A DNA stretch of 64,000 bases from assembly GCF_006345805.1 (NCBI RefSeq), contig NC_043010.1, positions 59,458,001 through 59,522,000 on the forward strand. Direction: 5' to 3'. Positions 1 to 9,632 of the stretch are shown in pieces (position 1 is the stretch's first letter; every line of letters begins with the position of its first letter). The notes under the pieces are model-generated. The model was not told where the DNA came from, searched no databases, and saw only the letters and a list, made by a program, of their open reading frames with translations. The translations under genes and the position numbers were made by a program. Origin of the DNA: Octopus sinensis. Lineage: Eukaryota.

Positions 1-53
1 CTGACAAATAACAACTTCTACACTAACAACTACTGACCAGCAAGCCAACCTTG

Positions 54-462
54 GGAACTTTTCGGTTCGAACGGCAGTTTTTTTAAATAATTTCCACGTA
101 ACTAAACACTTTTAAACTTTGTATACTGGTAGAATGTGTTTATAAAACATCTTTTTCTCTTGGCTTTATTGAGAAAATTCGATAGTTTGTAAGATATTTC
201 TTGTTTTTTTCTTCAATTTCTGCAATTTCAACCAATCAATGACGTCTATTGAGGTGAAAACATTCTGTGCCGTATGAATATGTCCCTCGTTTAAGAAACA
301 GATTGGGTTTATTTACATTTCTGAAGAAAAAAAGATACCCTTCCCCCACCTCTAACCCTAAAACAGATTGAAATGCAATAGATCGATACTAGGGTTATGA
401 TTATGGGTGACAATTTCATATGACACCGCTAGAAAAAACTGCCGTTCAAACCGAAAAGATGC
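54..462. mobile_element. Non-autonomous DNA transposon (MITE), Merlin-like
   Basis: ~31-bp imperfect TIRs (GGAACTTTTCGGTTCGAACGGCAGTTTTTT / AAAAAACTGCCGTTCAAACCGAAAAGATGC) flanked by the 8-bp direct repeat CAACCTTG at 46-53 and 463-470; GG-start TIR plus 8-bp TSD fits the Merlin/IS1016 superfamily; no ORF. Confidence 0.65.
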
Positions 463-535
463 CAACCTTGTTGTCCCTATCGCTAGAACTGCTACTGTCT
501 CTTTAAATGCTTGTCGGGCAAACGAATAAATATAT

Positions 536-536
<1 letters not shown>

Positions 537-577
<41 letters not shown>

Positions 578-688
578 CATTGTGTACAGTGCTCAGGTGC
601 ACTACAACTCATCTAAAGTGCATATATAATCAGGTGTAGTTTCGACGGATTTCGGAAAGCATGAGGGCCTTAAGGATGCAGTGTCATG
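537..688 (-). mobile_element. Short 3' end of CR1-like LINE with (TAA)n tail
   Basis: 578-688 nearly identical to the 3' end of the CR1-like copy at 18713-18820; preceded on + by (TAA)n. Confidence 0.8.
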
Positions 689-1150
689 TAAATAATATTT
701 CCTTTGGATGCAGTGTCATGTAAATAATATTTCCTTTTCCTTGGTGTTGATTCTTCGATGTTCACTGGTTGCTCAGACGCGAGAACCTTTAGGCGTTACA
801 TCAAGTCGCTACATTCAGTAGAGGCCTACATCATATCGATCTGATATGGCACATCACTTTCAGCCCGCCACACACGAGATGCTGAAAGCAGAATCCCGCT
901 ACAAAGCTATTGTTTACCAATTTCTATATAAAACAAACATACTAGGGGCTGCTGAAAGGTTCCTTGCTTTGGATAAAAGAAAATATAGGAGAATCAGTTA
1001 ACTAAGCCTTGTGAAAGATCTCAGAAGGTTGGACCTCCAGCCTGGCCTTTCACGACAAACTAAAAACTAGGAAGTTTTTTAGCACATCCTCAACATAAGG
1101 TTGAAAATGGGGCATACCTACACAAGCGTGCTCCCCAAATTTATGTCCCA

Positions 1151-1605
1151 TAACTTCATGAAAAAGGGATATTTTTTAGTGAAAATTTCTACAAATACGC
1201 TTCAGATGGTGCAGATTCCGATTACATCGGGATTTGGGACGAAAACTTTTTCCGAGGCTGGAGAGAGGAGTTTCAGAAAATTCATACAACTCAGTCATGT
1301 TCCCTCATAACTTTCAGAAAAATTCTCTACAAATACTTTTCAGAGCGTGTAGATTGCGATAAAATCGTTATTTAATATGTAAAGAAAAAGAAAAAAGAAA
1401 AATCGGTGGTTTTGTGCAGATGCATAGGGACAAATCGCACAGATCTATATTGAAATTAAAACACGATATTTCGAAAAAAAAAATGTGATGTGTATCAGTA
1501 TGTATGTTTTTTTCGCTACAAATTTCGATATAATTGGAGTCTGCACCATCTGAAGCACATTTGTAGAAGATTTCCTTTTAAAGAAATCCATTTTTGTGGA
1601 AGTTA
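1151..1605. repeat. Degenerate foldback/MITE with ~80-bp inverted arms
   Basis: 1151-1229 is an imperfect reverse complement of 1526-1605 (core CTACAAATACGCTTCAGATGGTGCAGA / TCTGCACCATCTGAAGCACATTTGTAG). Confidence 0.55.
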
Positions 1606-1710
1606 GGAGGTAACGAAACAGGGAGGGGGAAAATATCTTGTGGGGGGAATAACGAAAACGGAAGTAGTTCTTGACAGGTTCTCGGTATTACTGAATGTCA
1701 TCCTTCACAT

Positions 1711-1979
1711 GTGAGGGCACATGGCTTAGCTGTTAGAGCGTCGGGCTGACAATCATGGGGTAGTGAGTGCGATTTACGGACTAGACTGGGTTGTGTTCTT
1801 GAGCAAGACACTTTATTTCACGTCGTTCCATTTCACTCAGCCGTAGAAATGAGTTTCAACGTCACTGGTGTCATGCATGGGTGACTGCTGGACTCCCATA
1901 AACAAACTTGCCGCGGGAGAGGTGGGGTAAATTTCTAGGTGCAAACCCATAGACACTCATGACCGAGGAGGCTCCTCCT
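1711..1979 (+). mobile_element. tRNA-derived SINE
   Basis: A-box-like TGGCTTAGCTGTTAG head; related copy at 34818-35122; 11-bp TSD ATCCTTCACAT at 1700-1710 and 1980-1990. Confidence 0.75.
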
Positions 1980-2146
1980 ATCCTTCACATACAGAAACAG
2001 AATTGTAGTTTGAAAATCGGAAATTAACTACCATTGCCTCGGTTAATATAAGAAAAAGTGTCCACGTAATCGAATTGTAGTCGAAGGGAGGCAACTCATA
2101 AGGTCCTAACTTTCTGCTACATTAACGTAGATATTATCCACATGTG

Positions 2147-2383
2147 CATATATATTTCTTTACTGCCCACAAGGGGCTACACACAGAGGGGACAAACAAG
2201 GACAGACACACGGATGAAGTCGATTACATCGATCCCAGTGCGTAACTGGTACTTAATTTATCGACCCCAAAAGGATGAAAGGCAAAGTCGACCTCAGCGG
2301 AATTTGAACCCAGAACGTAACGGCAGACGAAATACGGTTACGCATTTCGCCCGGCGTGCTAACGTTTCTGCCAGCTCGCCGCC
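2147..2383 (-). mobile_element. tRNA-derived SINE (GACTTTGCCTTTCATCC central-domain family)
   Basis: Reverse complement has A/B-box-like head and the conserved central domain; 13-bp TSD TTATCCACATGTG at 2134-2146 and 2384-2396. Confidence 0.85.
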
Positions 2384-2466
2384 TTATCCACATGTGTACA
2401 TAAACAAAATGTACATTGTGACTTGTCACTTGCTATTAGTGGTATATAGATGGTATACGATCTCTC

Positions 2467-2693
2467 GGCGAGCTGGCAGAAACGTTAGCCCGTCGGGCGA
2501 AATGCGTAGCTGTATTTCGTCTGCCGTTACGTTCTGAGTTCAAATTCCGCCGAGGTCGACTTTGCCTTTCATCCTTTCAGGGTCGATAAATAAAGTACCA
2601 GTTTCGCACTGGGGTCGATGCAATCGACTTAATCCCTTTGTCTGTCCTTGTTTGTCCTTCTGTGTATACCCCCTTGTGGGTAGTAAAGAAATA
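2467..2693 (+). mobile_element. tRNA-derived SINE, same family as 2147-2383, opposite orientation
   Basis: GGCGAGCTGGCAGAAACGTTAG head, GAGTTCAAATTCC B-box-like motif; near-TSD GGTATA(C/T)GATCT at 2452-2463 and 2694-2705. Confidence 0.85.
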
Positions 2694-3935
2694 GGTATAT
2701 GATCTATATGGGATACGGACAGAAGCTCCCTAGGACGAAAGGTGAAAAAGTAGACAAAAACCTCCACGGTTATATTTTTCGTTTTTTCACCTTTTGTTTC
2801 AGTCATTAGACTGCGGCCATGCTGGGGCACCGCCTTGAAGAATTTTTAGTCACAGAAAAATCAGCATTTCAAAATTTAAATTTAAAGTTTTTCGTTTTCT
2901 ACTCTCAGCACTTACAGATTAATGGGAATGAGCTGACCTTTTGAACTTTCTCTGGCCGTTGAAGGTCTAACAGAATTATGGGGCCCAAGACCTGTCATTC
3001 AAACGGACTTCTTATCGTTTTTATGGTTCTACACATTCCTTGAAGTAAATGCTTTTCCTTTTGTTAGAATTCAGGCAATATCTACATTGAGTAGTAAAGA
3101 GTCTTGTGTTCTGTTATTCTATTCTACTTATTTTTTCCGATTGAATATTTTTTTGTTTACTTAAAAATTGGAATTTTGGAAAATAAAATTTTTATTTTTT
3201 ACAAATGTAATTTCTGCTTTTGTTTACATGAAATCATAAAAAAGGTAATTTTTAAAGATTTGGCTGCTATTTCTAGCATGTGGAGATACCTTCTAGTCTT
3301 AATTTCATGCGCTGGTTGAAAACCATTAAAAAAATTTTGGGGTCAATACATTTGACTAAAAATTCCTCAAGGGCATGCCCCAGCATGGCCGCAATCTAAT
3401 GACTGCCACAAATAAAAAGAAAAACAAAACGAAACATATCACAGAGGTGGTTTTGATCAAACTTTAAAAAAATTCGGGGTTCCATTCAGCCCTCTAAGAA
3501 TTCTTCAAGGTGCTGCCCCTAATAACTGCAACAAGTAGAAATAAAAATAAAAAATTGTGGTGTCGATAACATCATCATCGTTTAGCGTCCACTTTCCATG
3601 CTTAGCATGGGTTGGACGGTTCAACTGGGGTCTGGAAAGCCAACTAAAAATTCTTCAAGAGGGAGCCCCAGCATGGCCACAGACTAATGGCTAAAACAAG
3701 TAAAAGGTGAAAAAAAAAAAAAAAATAACTGAAAAATATAACTGTGGGGCTTTTGTCCAAGGGGTTTTAGTCCATTTTCATACTTTAACTATGGGGTTTT
3801 TGTCTGAGGGGCTTTTGACCTACACTCAATCTATATAATCCAATTTGCAATATAACATTATTACTTAAGGTCAAACAGGTATTTTATATTTGTAAATATT
3901 TTCTATTTATTGTTACCTGAAAATAAAATTACATA

Positions 3936-4815
3936 TAATAATAATAATGAAATTATTGTATACAGTGCTCAGGTGCACCACAACTTGTCAGAAAGTGCAT
4001 ATAAAGTACATGCAGTAGTGTAGAAATGTCTGGGTGTATGGAGGGGAGAAAATCAAGTGTAGTGTTGGCGAATCTCAGGAAGTATGGAAGTCTTGAAGGA
4101 AGCAGTGCTCCGACAACTAACAACTGATGTCGGCAGTTTGTTCCACGCTTCAGCAACTCTCAGCGTGAAAAAATGTTTCCTGAAGTCATGGAAGCTGTGC
4201 TGCTTTCTTACTTTGTAAATATGTCCACGGGTGTTAGACAGGTGGAGTTTGAAGAGGTGCTCAGAGTTATTGTTTGTGCGATGGTTGATAATTTTATGGG
4301 TGTCTGCCAAGTCAGCTGCCAGACGTCGGAGTTTCAATGTGTCCATGCCCAGGGAGGTAAGGCGTTCAGGATATGGCAAATGCCTGATGGAGGGTATTCT
4401 TTTGGTTGCACGTCACTGAACAGCTTCCAGACGATTGATGTCCTGGGCAAGATAGGGGCTCCAGACCAGCGATGCAAACTCCAGGTGAGGTCTTAGCATA
4501 GCTATATACAGCCGCAGATGGATAGCCGGAGAGCGGCTCACAAAGGATTTGGTGAGTGATGCCAAGACACCCTCAGCCTTCTTGACAATTTTAGCGATGT
4601 GTTTTGTCCAACGCAAATCGCTGTCGACAATAACACCCAGGTCACGTTCACTTGAAGACTTTTTGAGACTAGTGTTGTGGAGGGAGTAGGTGGACGCTGG
4701 GTTTCTCCTCCCAAAATGCATGGTGGTACATTTGTCCACAGCCAGCTTGAGTTGCCAGTCCATGATCCACTGCTGCATTGTGTCCAGGTCTGCTTGCAAT
4801 AGAGATCCATAGTGT
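3936..4815 (-). mobile_element. 5'-truncated CR1-clade LINE (RT C-terminal part and 3' end)
   Basis: Minus ORFs 4413-4829 (ERDLGVIVDSDLRW...RPHLEFAS.VWSPY) and 4053-4379 (LRRL..DL...HKII, TRGH..K, HFFT.RV..AWN.LP) are the typical CR1/L2 ORF2 C-terminus; (ATT)n-type tail. Confidence 0.9.
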
Positions 4816-4831
4816 ATATCTATATACAAAG

Positions 4832-4876
<45 letters not shown>

Positions 4877-4910
4877 AAGCTAAATATATATTTGTATGTA
4901 TATATATATA

Positions 4911-6950
4911 TCATCATTATTGTTTAACGTCCATTTTCCGTGCTAGCATGGGTTGGACAGTTCGACTGGGGTCTGGGAAGCGAGGTGGCTGCACCAGGCT
5001 CCAGTCTGATCTGGCAGTGTTTCTACAGCTGGATGCCCTTCCTAATGCCAACCACTCCGTGAGTGTAGTGGGTATTTTTACATGCCACCAGCACAGGTGC
5101 CAGGCAAGGCTGGCAGCGGCCACGATCGGTTGGTACTTTTTACATGCCACTGGCACAGAAGCCAGTCAAGGCGGCTCTGGCATCGGCGACGTTCGGATGG
5201 TGCTTTTTACGTGCCACCGGCACAGGTATCACAACTACTATTTCCATTTGATATTTATTTCGATGTTTATGTACTTGACTCAATAGGTCTCCTCAAGCAC
5301 AGCAGGTCATGTACCACCAGCACAGAAGCCAGTGAAGGCAGCGCTGGCATCGGCCACGTTTTATGTGCCGCCGGCACAGGTGTCGTAACTACAATTTCCA
5401 TTTGATATTGATGTACTTGACTCAATAGGTCTCCTCAAGCACAGCAGGTCACTCTATGATCCACGGTAAGCGCAGCAGGTCGTTCTGCAATCCAAGGTAC
5501 TTTGAATGGGCTGGGGCTATGCGAAACTGGTGCAGGAAGCAGCCCGGGTCTTTGCAGTCACAGCATATCTCCAGAGATCTCGATACATATACAATTAATT
5601 AGTTGGGCTATGACCCTCTCCGTGACCTTCATTACTTGATCCAGCAACTTGATACCTCTGTAATTATTTGTATCTAAGGCGTCACCTTTACCTTTGTAGC
5701 AGTTGACTATTATGCTGCTACACCAGTCATTGGGTATGGCTCCTTCGTGTATCACCTGGTTAACTATATGGGTGACTAGGCTATAGCCGACACTGCCAGA
5801 TATTTTGAGCATCTCTGCAGTAATTCCTGATGGGCCTGGGGCTTTCTCTGTCTTCATGCTTCTAATTGCCTTAACTACCTAAGGACTGTCAACTCGGATA
5901 GCTGGTCCCTCTGTTGGGTCGACATTTTCCATACTCTATTTGGCATTTATAAGCAGCATTCTTATAAGCAGCATTCTTTCCCTTTTTCTGACGAGGATAT
6001 AGTCAATTTGGCTAGTGTGTCTGCCAGAACGATAGGTGACTAGGTGATGGGCGGGTTTCCTGAAGTTGGTATTGCAAACCATAAGATCATTTGCATCGCA
6101 GAACTCCAGCAGTCTGTTTCCCTCCTCATTGCGGTAACCAAAACCATAGCCTACATGTATGCCATGGAAGCCCCCTGCACATTGTCCAACATGTCCATTG
6201 AAATCACCAGCCACAAAGAGAAGGTCTCTATTGTTCGTCAACAAGGTAGTCTGCAATAGGGTGTCATAGAATCGGTCTTTCTGCCCCTCCGGTAGCCCCG
6301 GCTAAGGGGCATAGGCAGAGATAATGGTAACTGACCTATGGTGAAGCACTAATCAAATCTTAGGTACTCTGTCACATATTCTGACTACCTTGATTACCTT
6401 ATCAACCCATTTCTCCGCACGAAGTATACCCACGCCCCCGACCCCGTCAGTGTTCCCTGCCCAGAAAATCTTGTACCTGTGCTCTTTGCTTGTGAGGAAC
6501 CTAGCGGAACCTCCTCTCCACCCTACTTCTTGGATGCAGCATGAATCCATACATCTCCGCTCAAGCATCTCAACAATCTCACCAGACCTACCTTTCAGTG
6601 TGCCAACGTTGAATGTACCAACTCTGAGGGTGTGGGAGGTGTGGGCCTGTGAGACCCTGGGATGGGGGACAGCAGTGTCATGTACCTGAAAAGAAAGCTC
6701 GCATTTGGCAGAATTCATAAGAAACACTAGACTACAACCTACGGACACTACACCATTTTCATGCGCTATATGATAAAATAAACCCTACGTAGGTGTTGGG
6801 GTGGTATTTGGCTCTTAGAAGTGCTCGCGGGAGGTAAACAAGGAAGACATAGGTTAGGAACTTCCGGTTAAGGTGGAGGGGTGGGAGGGCAGGTGTACCG
6901 CGAACCAGGAAGTTTAGAGCATCGTCTTCTGCCCTTGTATACTATGGTTA
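4911..6950 (-). mobile_element. Internally deleted RTE-clade LINE (5' region, APE endonuclease, RT N-terminus, 3' end with (GAT)n tail)
   Basis: Minus ORFs 6353-6748 (VGTFNVGTL..CCIQE..W), 5936-6256 (AGDFNGHVG..G..LLEFC..NT.F..SQIDYIL) and 5558-5857 (KAPGPSGI.AEMLK..KGKGDA....NYRGIKLL); 3' end matches other RTE-type tails. The 5' boundary is approximate. Confidence 0.85.
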
Positions 6951-7205
6951 AAGAAATTTAGAGAGAATGAATGAACGAAATGAAAACTTTGATTAGGATA
7001 AATAAATAAAATATTGCGATTAACAGATATGCATGATCTTAAGACAAACGGGAAGATGAAGCTATCAGTACTATGTTTACGTGATAAAGAAATAGATAGA
7101 TAATAGAGAACAAATGGGGGGGGGTTACGATCTACGCATTTATATATATATATATATATCTATATATAAAATATATATATATATATACAAATCTAAATAT
7201 ATATG

Positions 7206-7352
7206 TGTATATATCATCATCATCATTTAACGTCCGCTTTCCATGCTGGCATGGGTTGGACGGTTCAACTGGGGTCTGGGAAGCCAGAAGGCTGCACCAG
7301 GCCCAGTTTGATCTGGCAGTGTTTCTACAGCTGGATGCCCTTCCTAATGCCA
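7206..7352 (-). mobile_element. RTE-type 3' tail fragment
   Basis: CATCATCATTTAACGTCCGCTTTCCATGCTGGCATGGGTTGGACGG matches the tails at 4911 and 35667. Confidence 0.75.
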
Positions 7353-7410
7353 GAACCCCTTCCTAACCCCATTATATATATTTATATATACAAATCTAAA
7401 TATATATGTC

Positions 7411-7461
<51 letters not shown>

Positions 7462-9366
7462 ATTATAAACAGTTAAGGTTTAATTTGATATGGGAAATCA
7501 AAATGTTATTCTATAGGATTGAGATTCAAATTGAATTTATGTTTTATAGGATTTAGAGGTAAGTTTTATTTTATTGACTGCTCAGTCTTCAAGTAAAATC
7601 ATGGAGTAGCAGACCACTTTGCCTTGTCACAAGACATTGTGTCACATCAAAGACCCAGGCAAAAGAGAATACAGTTTTATATAGACATCAGTCACTAACC
7701 CATAAAGAAATATCTAAATTATAACATTACCACATTAATGTGAAACTACTGGAAAGGAGTTAAAATGTTTTGTCCCATTTAAAGTAAGACTTCATTTTAC
7801 ATCAGCTTTTCTTGCTGGCACAAGGACTAGATGGGTTATCAGAACCCGAATCAGTTCTTATTTGGAGCTCCTTTCACACAAGAAGGCTAGGAAGACTATG
7901 TCTTGCTCATAGATTTTATTTTTTGGTTTAGTTTCTACAGTTGGATGCCCATCTCATCACCAGAATTTTCCAGAATGTACTAGAAGCAAATTTTACCATG
8001 GCATAGGCACTAGAGAAGTTACCAAGTCCTTGATAAGACTAAAGAGTCCTCTGAACTCTATATTGTCTCCACTATGTTCAACTGACCACTTAACTATGTC
8101 AACTGGATGGATTTTATAATGGTACCAACATCAGTGGAGTTGCCTTGGAACTTATAGGAATAAAGTGTCCTGACTATTTTATGGTGTGTTTGTTCACTCA
8201 ACGCTATATGACTGAGAAAGTAAATGAATAAAAGAGTGATGATGATAGCAGAATGGGCTGTTGAAGGGAGCCAGTGTATGATGGTAGAAATGGGATGAAA
8301 GGGTGGCAGGGTGAGAGAGAAATGGGATGGCTAGAAATAGAGATGAGAATAAATGACAGATGCCAGTCAGAAGCGGCTCAAGAATGAGGGGGGGGATGAC
8401 TGGAATTATAGAATGAGAAATGCTGAGTGCAAGAATTACAAGTAGATCTAATTCAATCCCTTATAACGTAGGAGAGTTAGAGTAATAAGAATGAGAGGTG
8501 GAAAGTGTCAGAAACATAAGTAAGCTAGACTCATAAAATGATATCCCAATTGCAGGGTTTTATTATTGAGGTTTTTGGCTGCAGGGTTATCAATGTCACG
8601 GTTTGGGTATTGGTGTCTGTTGTATGATTGTAAAAGGTGATGTCATTGCTGTATTAATTGTGATGTGAGATGAGATTATCTGTATGTATTACAGCAAAAG
8701 CAAACCTCTGAAGATTTAACAACTGGTTTTATTAAGGGAAGGCCAAGCAAGAATACATACATCAATTATCAAATCCCCACTGGTAACAAGGATGCAAGGA
8801 TTGACTGAACTGTATTTGCCCAGCCATTAATTATCTGAAAAGTGAGAGACAAAAAGACATGAGTCTGCTGAAACTGGTTAAGGTTTCTTTCTTGATTGGC
8901 CAGGTGAGAGCCAAGATCTGCTCTGCTTAAATGGCAACAGTGCTCTGGGATGATATAGGGACCAAACTGCTTAGTGAAAAAGGGCTCAAATTTCAAAAAC
9001 ATTTGAAGTGATGTTCACAACATGGATTGGTGAACAAGGCTACACAACATGGATTGGTCAAAGCGATGTAGATGCCTCTGATGAGTACCCAATATGATTT
9101 GAAAATTGATTAGGGTTGTTCATCATTTGGTGTAGTGCACCTGAGCACTGTATACAATAAGTTCATGATTATTATTTTCTTATTATATATTAAGCTGACT
9201 GATCAATTTTTAGGTTGTTTATGTGAAAATAGTGTGGTTCATTTATGATAGCAAACTGATAATTTTGCATTTGGAGTTCAAAGTTAAATGAAGAAGGGGT
9301 AAGTCACAGAGAGATGAGTGTCAGAAAAATAAAAGAAATGGTGGGATGAGTGATAGAGACATAAGA

Positions 9367-9367
<1 letters not shown>

Positions 9368-9416
<49 letters not shown>
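9368..9416. repeat. (GA)n microsatellite
   Basis: Direct inspection. Confidence 0.95.
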
Positions 9417-9418
<2 letters not shown>

Positions 9419-9632
9419 AATAGATTAAATCCCATTAACTTAAGTAATATCTTCCAATCAATTAAAAATATGGAATTTCTGGAATACTTTGAATGTACTA
9501 AATATATTACTGAAGTTTTTGTTGTTAGATCTATTCTCACTAATGTGCTGACTATCTTTTTTTTTTTTTTGTCCAGTTTGAATATTTGAAGTCATCTCTC
9601 CACTGGATACTGAATTAATATCAAGACCAGAG

